In this document: positions 8,403 through 16,013 of the stretch, in pieces
Layout of the letters: the number at the start of each line of letters is the position of its first letter
How positions within the stretch are numbered: the stretch's first letter is position 1
Origin: an uncultured archaeon
Lineage (GTDB): Archaea; Asgardarchaeota; Thorarchaeia; Thorarchaeales; Thorarchaeaceae
Direction: 5' to 3'
Length of the DNA: 32,000 nt
Assembly (NCBI GenBank): GCA_964648855.1
Contig: CAZYLT010000006.1
Coordinates: 90,001 to 122,000 of the forward strand
Program-made: the position numbers and the translations under genes
The notes under the pieces: model-generated
What the model was told of the DNA's origin: nothing
Databases searched by the model: none
The model's input: the letters and a program-made list of their open reading frames with translations, nothing else

Positions 8403-8540
8403 TACAATCTCCTTCCGTGCTATCTCGCGACCCTCATCGTCCACGATGGTAAGATGAGCGCCGCAGGATAGTCAGCAGTCGTAGCAGCGAACCACCATTT
8501 CCAGGAGGTTCAGCAGTCCTTCAGGTATGTCGTCTGTCAT
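8388..8540 (-). CDS. vhuU: VhuU: selenocysteine-containing small subunit of a split [NiFeSe] F420-non-reducing hydrogenase (50 aa, Sec at codon 23, TGA 8474-8472)
   Basis: Hand translation gives MTDDIPEGLLNLLEMVVRCYDC-U-LSCGAHLTIVDDEGREIARKEIVTSGG*. The TGA falls at the first Ni-ligand position of the L2 motif (RxYDPCxxCxxH), which the upstream large subunit lacks. Absent from the ORF track. Confidence 0.93.
8420..8471 (-). promoter_or_regulatory. Stem-loop immediately 3' of the Sec UGA (candidate Sec redefinition element)
   Basis: CUAUC/GAUAG, GCGGC/GUCGC and CUCAUC/GAUGAG stack into one hairpin of about 16 bp, starting at the first base after the UGA. Confidence 0.6.
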
Positions 8541-8553
8541 TTTTGTTCACTTC

Positions 8554-9867
8554 TCATATCATGGGGTCTGGTAAGTCCAGACTCTCATGTTCCTTATTCT
8601 CGAATACTTGCTTGGCTGCCTTCAATAGGCTCTTCTCGAGCCCGGCGATGTTATTATTGGTGGCAACTACCATATTCACCTTTGTGATAACGCCATTCTC
8701 ATCAGTCCAGTAGTGGTGGATGAGAGTACCTCTCGGTGCCTCCACACAACCAACACCATTCCCCTTTCTGGGTTCAACATCAGCCAGTTTTACATCTGTA
8801 CTAACAATATCCGGGTCATTGAGGAGAGCTTCCATCTCTTCTACAGCTTGAACCAACTCAATAACTCGGGCCCAGTGGTAGGCAAAGGTAGCATGAATCG
8901 GCCGCCCTAAGGCGTCACGCATTTCCTCCAGGGCCTCTTGGGCAATGGGGGTGGCCATCTTGTCTGCCACGTTTATTCTGGCAAGACTATTAGCCCGCCA
9001 GATGCCCTCCGGATATCCCTTTTGCTTATAGTATACATGTGTGGCGTATGAGTGATTAGAAACGTATTCTCCGTAATATTTGCGGTAATGCTTTGGATTG
9101 AAGTCTTCTACTATCTTACCATCTGGATCCATCACTCTTAGTTTGCCATCATAGATCTCCAGGTTGCCTTTGTCATGCAACCCGAGGTAATAAGTTGGAA
9201 CCACTGCAAGTTTGGTTATGGGATCCCAATAATCCTGCACGACTTTTTTAGCTAGGTCAACAGTATCAAGAGTCTGTTGTTTGGTCTTCTCAATTCGTTT
9301 CAGGAATTCATCTCGCTTTTCCTCTGAAAATGGATTCAACATTCCGCCCGGTGTTGCAGTCACGGGATGGATTGCTTTACCACCTACAGCGGCACACAAT
9401 TCCTGCCCGAACTTCATTACTTCAAGTGCCATCTTGCCTACATCTGGAAGGCTCTTGATGATTTGCACAACGTTGCGCTTCTCAGGCTTAGCAAACGGTC
9501 CTGCAAGAAAGTCGGGCGCAGCAAGTGCAAAGAAATGCAATGCGTGGCTGCTGTACTGTTTCGCGTTTATCAGTAGTCTGCGCAATTTAATAGCAGCAGG
9601 TGGGGGAGTTACTTTCCATGCCGCTTCAACACTTTTCACTGCAGCAAGGTGATGGGGCTCTGGACATATCCCACAGATTCTTGGTGCGATACGTGGTGCT
9701 TCCTCAGCAAATCGTCCCTCCAAGAACTTCTCAAAGAAACGAGTACTACTCACGTTGAATTGAGCATCCTTGACTTTACCATCTTTTCCTAAGACTACGG
9801 TAATTTCACCATGTCCTTCTAGGCGGGTCACTGGTTCAATCCTGATTGTCTTATCGTCTTTGGTCAT
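8554..9867 (-). CDS. vhuA: [NiFe(Se)] hydrogenase large subunit, group 3c (VhuA/MvhA), lacking the C-terminal L2 motif
   Basis: EPVTRLEGHG, L1 motif RICGICPEPH and EAPRGTLIHHY. It ends ...DLPDPMI* without DPCxxCxxH. Confidence 0.95.
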   Translation of the reverse strand: MTKDDKTIRIEPVTRLEGHGEITVVLGKDGKVKDAQFNVSSTRFFEKFLEGRFAEEAPRIAPRICGICPEPHHLAAVKSVEAAWKVTPPPAAIKLRRLLINAKQYSSHALHFFALAAPDFLAGPFAKPEKRNVVQIIKSLPDVGKMALEVMKFGQELCAAVGGKAIHPVTATPGGMLNPFSEEKRDEFLKRIEKTKQQTLDTVDLAKKVVQDYWDPITKLAVVPTYYLGLHDKGNLEIYDGKLRVMDPDGKIVEDFNPKHYRKYYGEYVSNHSYATHVYYKQKGYPEGIWRANSLARINVADKMATPIAQEALEEMRDALGRPIHATFAYHWARVIELVQAVEEMEALLNDPDIVSTDVKLADVEPRKGNGVGCVEAPRGTLIHHYWTDENGVITKVNMVVATNNNIAGLEKSLLKAAKQVFENKEHESLDLPDPMI

Positions 9868-10775
9868 TTCTTCTCCTCCCTTTCTTTTCCTTTCATTTTC
9901 GAAAGATACGAATCTGCATAGTCAGTGAAATAGAATGACCCAATGGGATCTGGGAATGCCGCCTTCAACTCCTCCGGCTCCATCTCAGCAATAGCTCCTA
10001 ATGCCGAAATGATCTTTGCACCATGATCATTTACAGCTGGTGGTGGACCGAAACAACCCTTGCATGGTGTATTGACCGTTGGACACTGTGCTCCACACAT
10101 TCCAATCGTCGCAAATCCAAGGCAGAGATACCCCTGGTCTAATAGACATTTGTCAGGGTCGATATGGCCCTCATGTGCACGATGAAACTTGGTGATATGT
10201 TTGTCCTTCTTTTCCTTTGGACATTCATCGCATACCGTCTTAGTGGGCAGATCGAATGGTTGCCCCTTAATGAGTGCCGTTAATGCTTCCGCAGTGTTGT
10301 CACTTGTTGGTGGGCAACCGGGAAGTCGTACTTCAAAGGAAACAATATCTGGATTTGGGATAATGTGCTCTACAAATCCGGGCATGTTCTCAGTAGGAAT
10401 TCTACCATCCTCGACGGTGTCTGCCTCTAGGAATTTTCGTCGTAGGAGCTCATCTAACGCCCATTGATTTCCAAGACCCTGTACTCCTCCATATACTGAG
10501 CAGGAACCCCATGCCACCAAGACCTTGCTCTTTTTGCGCATGAGCTTTAGTAGATGCTCGTCTTCCTTGGTTCTGCAGCTTCCTTCTACCATACCTATGT
10601 GAATGGAACCATCCGGCATGTTTTCAAGGTCTTTCAACTTGAAGTCAACTACTGCTGGCCAATACACAATCTCTAGTTCAGGTAGAACGTCCAATAGACG
10701 AAGATGCAGGTCGACTAGTGCCTGATCGCATCCCCAGCATGAAGTCAATTGAGCAAGTGCTATTCTCTTTGCCAT
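9864..10775 (-). CDS. vhuG: Hydrogenase small Fe-S subunit (VhuG/MvhG)
   Basis: SCWGC, VEGS, GSCSVYGG, LPGCPP, VCDECP, CLLDQGYLCLG and CGAQCP...PCKGCFGP. Overlaps vhuA by 4 bp. Confidence 0.95.
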   Translation of the reverse strand: MAKRIALAQLTSCWGCDQALVDLHLRLLDVLPELEIVYWPAVVDFKLKDLENMPDGSIHIGMVEGSCRTKEDEHLLKLMRKKSKVLVAWGSCSVYGGVQGLGNQWALDELLRRKFLEADTVEDGRIPTENMPGFVEHIIPNPDIVSFEVRLPGCPPTSDNTAEALTALIKGQPFDLPTKTVCDECPKEKKDKHITKFHRAHEGHIDPDKCLLDQGYLCLGFATIGMCGAQCPTVNTPCKGCFGPPPAVNDHGAKIISALGAIAEMEPEELKAAFPDPIGSFYFTDYADSYLSKMKGKEREEKK

Positions 10776-10776
10776 T

Positions 10777-11241
10777 TTAGTTATCCTTCCCTGCTGGATT
10801 TGGTCCTAGCTTTTTGATTCTCTCTACCATTGCTGTTACGCCCTGAGTAAATACATCACCTTCAGCCGCGCTTGCCCATTGAAGATGGACACGTTGTGAG
10901 TCTATACCCGCCTCCTTCAACATAGTTTGGAGTAACACAAATCTGCCTCTCATCTTGAGGTTACCGCTTGTGTAGTGACAATCACCAGGATGACACCCAC
11001 TGATGAGAACACCGTCTGCGCCTTGATTTAGTGCATCAAGAATGAAAACAGGATCTATTCGCCCCGTGCAGTTGATTCTGATGACCCGCACATTTGAGGG
11101 CATCTGCATCCGGCTTGTTCCCGCAAGGTCTGCCCCGGCATAACTGCACCAGTTGCAGCAAAACGCCAAGATTCGGGGTTCAAAGCCTGACTGCCGCTTC
11201 TTTTTCTTTTTCATGGCTGTCGTCTGACTTACTGATGTCAC
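10777..11241 (-). CDS. vhuD: Hydrogenase [2Fe-2S] subunit D (VhuD/MvhD), all-Cys form
   Basis: ILAFCCNWCSYAGAD, NCTGRID, GADGVLISGCHPGDCHY and WASAAEG. Start is probably GTG at 11241 (GGAGGT upstream) or ATG at 11214. Confidence 0.93.
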   Translation of the reverse strand: MTSVSQTTAMKKKKKRQSGFEPRILAFCCNWCSYAGADLAGTSRMQMPSNVRVIRINCTGRIDPVFILDALNQGADGVLISGCHPGDCHYTSGNLKMRGRFVLLQTMLKEAGIDSQRVHLQWASAAEGDVFTQGVTAMVERIKKLGPNPAGKDN

Positions 11242-11501
11242 GCTGGAATGACCTCCTGCGGCTTGTTGCTCGCTATGATTATTGATTATTAAGATTCTGT
11301 TTAGTCGCACTTTTCTTTGGGCAGAAGCAATCATAATTCTTCTTAGAATTATGGTTTTCAAACACATTGAGATCTAGTGTTTCACGATAGTTTCTCATCC
11401 ACGCATTCATGTCTTTCATCTATCGAGTTTAGCAACAGTTTTTATGTCCCGCTCCTTATGGTACATGAGTTGCTGAGCTATAACTGGAACGGTGAAATGA
11501 T

Positions 11502-11738
11502 TTGATTCTGGCATTCATAATGGCCAAGCTCGAAAGCGCGAAGGCACGGAGAGTACTCGATGATGTTAGAGAACTAGAAGAAGTAATGGAGGCACACCTG
11601 ATATACGGAGCCTATGATCTCATCATCAAGGGGAACTTCAAGACTCCAGAATCATTGAGCTCCTTCGTTGTTGATACTTTGCGCAAGATTGATGGCGTGA
11701 AGGACACCGTAACGAATGTATGTGCTAGTCAGGAATAG
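11502..11738 (+). CDS. Stand-alone Lrp/AsnC ligand-binding (RAM) domain protein
   Basis: EAHLIYGAYDLIIK...IDGVKDTVT matches the RAM pattern. There is no HTH domain, and the gene is divergent from the vhu operon. Confidence 0.88.
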   Translation: MILAFIMAKLESAKARRVLDDVRELEEVMEAHLIYGAYDLIIKGNFKTPESLSSFVVDTLRKIDGVKDTVTNVCASQE

Positions 11739-11770
11739 AGTATCAGGTTCCTCAAAGGATTCTCGCTCTT

Positions 11771-13639
11771 CTAGTGATTTTCATCCAGGTCTAGTCGTTT
11801 CAGGGTTTCCTTCGTTGGCAGTCCTGTTTCTGGGTCCCATCCTCGGACCTCATAGTATTCATCTAGCATTTCATTCAATTCCACAACCTCTCCCTTCGAT
11901 GGCCCTTTCGGCGCAGGCACGTCAGTAAGCCTCTTTGGAAGCTGGTCATCTTTTCGAGTTACACCCCGTCTAGCGTTGAAAAGGCGGTTGAGATTAACTA
12001 TTCTCTCACCAATCTCTCTCAGTTCCTCTGTTGTGAACTCAAGTCCATTATGTATCTTTAGACCGACTGCGACATCATCATAGTAGAATTCAGGCGGTAT
12101 TTGTGTGCCATATTTGCACAATCCAACGCTTTCAACAACGACCATATAGTTCTCTGATTCTGCTACCATGATTCCTTTGTACTTCGGATTCAGTCGTTCA
12201 GCCATCTCGGGAAGATACTCCTCTCCAAAACGCTCCTTTATATCATCATCAAATCCAACTTCGTCCAAGACTGGAAAGGCGTAGAGATGGTCCGCGCCTC
12301 TTGCAGCAGTGACTGCAGCAAGTCCCATCGACTTCTGGGCTCGGGGCTCCTGCCCAGCTATCTCCTGTTTTTTAACAGTCATAACAAACTCTTCAGTTCC
12401 CCGACCAATCTGTTCCGCTGCACGTTGACTCCCTTCGGCGAGGATATCACCAAAACCCTTGCGATAGGCTATCATCCGGGTTAGTTCTACAATTGCTTCA
12501 TGATTGCCCCAACTGAGATCTACACCCCCTGTATCCTCCGCCGTAATAAGGCCCTCATCCCAGGCCTCCATCGCCCAAGATATAGTCCCACCAAGGGAGA
12601 TTGTATCCATTCCGAATTGGTTTGCCAAATGATGGCTATACAGGATTGATTCCACATTCTCATTACCGCATCGAGAACCTAGTGCGGCCTGTGACTCAAA
12701 CTCCGGCGACCCGCCCTCATAACAATAGGGCCCCTTGGGCACTCGTGTGTAACGACCGCATCGCTGCAGACACGCCCAGTCGGACCTTGGCTTCACCAAA
12801 TAGTTTTCATTAATGGCTTCCCCACCGATCTTTTCGTATCCATCGAAGACCCCTTGTTTCATATTATAGGAGGGCAGTCGGCCGATGTTGTGCATCAATT
12901 CGATTAAACTAGTTGTGCCATATTTCGCTCTGTCGGGGGTGAACGGATTATCAAGCATTCGCCGGTGGAACTCATCCATTCGTTTCAGATATACATCCGG
13001 TTCTGCAACCTCAATCTTACCTGTTCCACGAATAGAGATCGCTTTAAGCTTCTTTGACCCCATCACAGCGCCCAGGCCAGAACGAGCCGAGGCTCTATCA
13101 CGGTCATTCATGATCGCTGCAAAACGGACGAGATTCTCTCCAGCTTGACCAATGGCTAGTGTTCGACATCGTATGCCATGGCGCTCTCTCAAAATATCGT
13201 CTGTTTCGAAGACATCCTTTCCCCACAAATCACTCGCATCAAGGATTTCCACTGTTTCATTCCTGATGTTAAGATAGACCGGTTCTTTAGATGCCCCTGT
13301 AAAGAAGATTGCATCATACCCTGCAAGCTTTAATTCTGGCCCCCAAAAACCAGCAGCGTGACTCTCGCCCCATATATCCGTGAGTGGTGAAAGCGCCGCA
13401 ATAACGTGTCTTGATGCCTGTGGAAACATCGAACCAGTGAGTAGACCAGTTGCCATTCCCAGTACATTCTCGGGGGACAGTGGGTCTGTATCAGCAGTTG
13501 TTCTGTCATAGATGACCTTGGATAGAAGGCCTGCACCAAGGAGGTACTTTTGAATTAGTTCTTCATCAAGAGGTTTCTTCTCTATCTCCTTTGATGTGAG
13601 ATTTACCCAAAGGATTTGTCCTCCCACGCCCTTTACCAT
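11771..13639 (-). CDS. aor: Tungsten-containing aldehyde:ferredoxin oxidoreductase family protein (AOR-1)
   Basis: SPLT...ESHAAG..GPELKLAGYD, IGQAGENLVRFA, RSGLGAVMGSKKLKA, GMDTIS, RGADHL and YYEVRGWD. Likely start is ATG at 13639 (MVKGVGG). Confidence 0.93.
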   Translation of the reverse strand: MVKGVGGQILWVNLTSKEIEKKPLDEELIQKYLLGAGLLSKVIYDRTTADTDPLSPENVLGMATGLLTGSMFPQASRHVIAALSPLTDIWGESHAAGFWGPELKLAGYDAIFFTGASKEPVYLNIRNETVEILDASDLWGKDVFETDDILRERHGIRCRTLAIGQAGENLVRFAAIMNDRDRASARSGLGAVMGSKKLKAISIRGTGKIEVAEPDVYLKRMDEFHRRMLDNPFTPDRAKYGTTSLIELMHNIGRLPSYNMKQGVFDGYEKIGGEAINENYLVKPRSDWACLQRCGRYTRVPKGPYCYEGGSPEFESQAALGSRCGNENVESILYSHHLANQFGMDTISLGGTISWAMEAWDEGLITAEDTGGVDLSWGNHEAIVELTRMIAYRKGFGDILAEGSQRAAEQIGRGTEEFVMTVKKQEIAGQEPRAQKSMGLAAVTAARGADHLYAFPVLDEVGFDDDIKERFGEEYLPEMAERLNPKYKGIMVAESENYMVVVESVGLCKYGTQIPPEFYYDDVAVGLKIHNGLEFTTEELREIGERIVNLNRLFNARRGVTRKDDQLPKRLTDVPAPKGPSKGEVVELNEMLDEYYEVRGWDPETGLPTKETLKRLDLDENH

Positions 13640-13640
13640 C

Positions 13641-14126
13641 CTATTCAGCACCTCCATACAGCTTGTCTTCGTGTTCCTCGTACAGCCGTTTCAAACGCCC
13701 ATCTTCGTCCTTTTTCTCAAGGCCTTCGTCAGTTGTCATCCATATGGCAAAAACAGGACATCTCTTGATACACTGACCACATTGAATACATTTGATGGCT
13801 TTGCCCGTATCAGGATTGATTTTTATTGCATCATATGGGCACGCCTCTATGCAATCACCATGGCCTTTGCACTTATTCTTGTCAATAACAACAATCCCCT
13901 TTGATGTTCGCCTGATTGCCTCTTCTGGACATGCCTCAATACACGGTGCATCTTCGCAGTTACGGCAGAATAGTGGAAAATCAAGTCCGTTTTCTAAGCG
14001 TACAATTCTATTCCTTGCCTGTTGTGGACTGATGACTTTGTAAAAGTGCATGCTACATGTCATCGAACAAATCATGCATCCTGTACAGACCTCCGGGTCT
14101 CCAAATACGAATCTTCGAGTAGACAT
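13641..14126 (-). CDS. 4x[4Fe-4S] electron-transfer subunit of AOR-1
   Basis: CTGCMICSMTC, CRNCEDAPCIEACP, CKGHGDCIEACP and KCIQCGQCIKRCP. Confidence 0.92.
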   Translation of the reverse strand: MSTRRFVFGDPEVCTGCMICSMTCSMHFYKVISPQQARNRIVRLENGLDFPLFCRNCEDAPCIEACPEEAIRRTSKGIVVIDKNKCKGHGDCIEACPYDAIKINPDTGKAIKCIQCGQCIKRCPVFAIWMTTDEGLEKKDEDGRLKRLYEEHEDKLYGGAE

Positions 14127-14138
14127 TCTGGCATACCT

Positions 14139-15497
14139 CTATAGTTGGATTGCGTCACCCATTTTCTGGAACTGACCATGTCCTGGCTTTATGGTTGTCC
14201 TATCCTCTTCAAATACTTTGACACCCCGCACAAATGTCATAATGGGGGCTCCTGTCATTTCCATCCCTTCATACAATGTCCAGCCACATTTTGAAAAAAT
14301 CATATCTGCAGAGATTTTTTCCTTCTTGGTCAGGTCGATCAAGACCATATCGGCGTCGGATCCCACTGCAAGTACCCCCTTCTTTGGGTATAAACCAAAG
14401 AGCTTGGCTGGTTTGCTTGAAGTGACTTCAACCAAGTGATGAAAAGTCAATCGATTCTTGTTGATTCCTTCAGACAGCAATACTCTACTTATCATCTGTA
14501 CACCATCTACGCCTGCCCACGCGTTTCGAATATCATGCTCGCCCTCTTCCTTCTTCTCAATGGGAGCGGGTGCATGATCACTGACAACGATATCGATAGT
14601 CCCTCGAAGCAAGGCTGACCATAAAGCAGCTCTATCTTGTTTGCTCCGCAGCGGGGGATTCATCTTGCTTTTTGTGCCAAGGCGATTCATCTCATCTCTA
14701 TGAAATTGTAAATGGTGTGGACAGACCTCTGTTGTTACAAGATTGCCATTTAGCTTCGCTCGTTCAACCGAAACTAATGCCCCTCTCGTGGTGATATGTG
14801 CGATATGGAGGTGTCCTCCTGTCTTCTTCAATATGGCAATGTTACGCTCAACCGCTATTTCCTCTGCAATTTCTGGACGCGAGAGTGCATGACTTATCGG
14901 AGCATCCCATTCTCCATCCATTCTACCAGAGAATTCGTCTAGTATATCTCTATCCTCAGAGTGGATCGCTAGGTGTCCTCCGTGTTCAGAGGTCTCGCTT
15001 AGGGCTCTGAGAATAGCTCCACCTCTTGCGTAAAATGGCTCTGCTGTAAAGGCCTTGAAGGCAGCGACTCCTGCACTCAAGAGTTTTGGAATCATTCCAA
15101 CATTCTCTGATGTCAGCATTCCACCATAAAAGGAAAAATCCACGATAGACATATTCTCTCCCAATTCAACTTTGCGTTCAACTGCCTCAACAGTATCCAC
15201 TTGGGAAACCAGTGGCATGTCAACAACTGTTGTTACTCCTCCTGCAGCAGCAGCTCTGCTACCAGTTGTAAAATCCTCATGTTCCTCCATCTCTGGATCG
15301 TGAATATGCGCATGACCATCAATTAGCCCTGGGAGGAGATATTTCTTCTCGGCATCAATAGTCTCATCAGCTTCAGGTAAGTGTTCGTCAGAAGCGATTA
15401 AGGCGATTCTCCCATTTGACACTCCCACTCCGCCTCTTACTATTCCACTCTCAAGAACAAGCTTCGCATTTTTGATTACTAAATCCAATTTCTTCAC
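14139..15497 (-). CDS. Cyclic amidohydrolase (allantoinase/dihydropyrimidinase/dihydroorotase family)
   Basis: PGLIDGHAH, AAAAGGVTT, AFKAF (carboxy-Lys), IHSED, HIAHIT, EVCPHHL, KMNPPLR and SDHAP. Confidence 0.92.
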   Translation of the reverse strand: MKKLDLVIKNAKLVLESGIVRGGVGVSNGRIALIASDEHLPEADETIDAEKKYLLPGLIDGHAHIHDPEMEEHEDFTTGSRAAAAGGVTTVVDMPLVSQVDTVEAVERKVELGENMSIVDFSFYGGMLTSENVGMIPKLLSAGVAAFKAFTAEPFYARGGAILRALSETSEHGGHLAIHSEDRDILDEFSGRMDGEWDAPISHALSRPEIAEEIAVERNIAILKKTGGHLHIAHITTRGALVSVERAKLNGNLVTTEVCPHHLQFHRDEMNRLGTKSKMNPPLRSKQDRAALWSALLRGTIDIVVSDHAPAPIEKKEEGEHDIRNAWAGVDGVQMISRVLLSEGINKNRLTFHHLVEVTSSKPAKLFGLYPKKGVLAVGSDADMVLIDLTKKEKISADMIFSKCGWTLYEGMEMTGAPIMTFVRGVKVFEEDRTTIKPGHGQFQKMGDAIQL

Positions 15498-15500
15498 CTT

Positions 15501-15782
15501 TTATCCTCCCCCCACTGGTGGAAAGATTGCGATTGCATCCCCAGATTCAAGCTCAGTCCCATGGCCATCGAGGGTTTCTATTCTCTTCCCATTAACCATG
15601 ACCGAAAAGAATCTTCTGAGCTCTCCAGTTTCAGGATTGAATACGGTCTTCTCAAATTCTGGTCCAAGGTCATGCTTCAGCTTTTCAAGAAGCTCTCCAA
15701 TGTTTGTGGCACTCATCTCCAGTGATTTCCTTCCCGCCTTCTCTCTCACGGTTGCAAAGAACTTGACTATGACCTCTGGCAT
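15501..15782 (-). CDS. MoaD/ThiS/SAMP ubiquitin-like sulfur carrier protein
   Basis: VKFFATVRE...VMVNG...GDAIAIFPPVGGG, with a C-terminal Gly-Gly. Confidence 0.93.
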   Translation of the reverse strand: MPEVIVKFFATVREKAGRKSLEMSATNIGELLEKLKHDLGPEFEKTVFNPETGELRRFFSVMVNGKRIETLDGHGTELESGDAIAIFPPVGGG

Positions 15783-15928
15783 ATGGTTGCCTCGCCTATT
15801 TGCCTTGGTGAGATGAGATATTAATAATTCCTAATGGACAGCTGTGGATTTTCTTGATTATATCCATCTTTTTTCACTCTGGAGATATACAATTTCCCCC
15901 ATTTTCTAGGTAGAGTGTCCAACAAAAG

Positions 15929-15948
15929 TGTCAGATTTTTGTCAGATT
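15929..15948. repeat. Tandem direct repeat TGTCAGATT x2 (11-bp period), candidate operator
   Basis: TGTCAGATT occurs at 15929-15937 and 15940-15948. A third TGTCAGA at 16429-16435 abuts the pfkB TATA box. Confidence 0.45.
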
Positions 15949-15985
15949 CCTCCTTTGCCTAATCCGGAATCGGTCGTATGGGAGA

Positions 15986-15993
15986 TTAAATAG
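15986..15993 (+). promoter_or_regulatory. Putative TATA box for the structured RNA
   Basis: TTAAATAG, preceded by purine-rich GGGAGA, lies 20-28 nt before the GC-rich structured segment. Confidence 0.55.
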
Positions 15994-16013
15994 CCCTAAT
16001 CACATAGAATAGT

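Noticed and set aside
7818-8540. Multi-UGA readthrough fusing vhuU to the in-frame DUF420-like gene (all intervening stops are TGA)
   Set aside because: The intervening peptide is not protein-like, the stretch is occupied by the SECIS, and the downstream gene has its own TATA-like box (8288-8281). The shared frame is likely chance.
8388-9867. Truncated or pseudogenised hydrogenase large subunit with a nonsense codon
   Set aside because: The split point, the separate ATG, the UGA exactly at the Ni ligand and the downstream SECIS all match the functional VhuA/VhuU architecture. vhuU is in a different frame from vhuA (13-nt gap), so it is not a readthrough fusion either.
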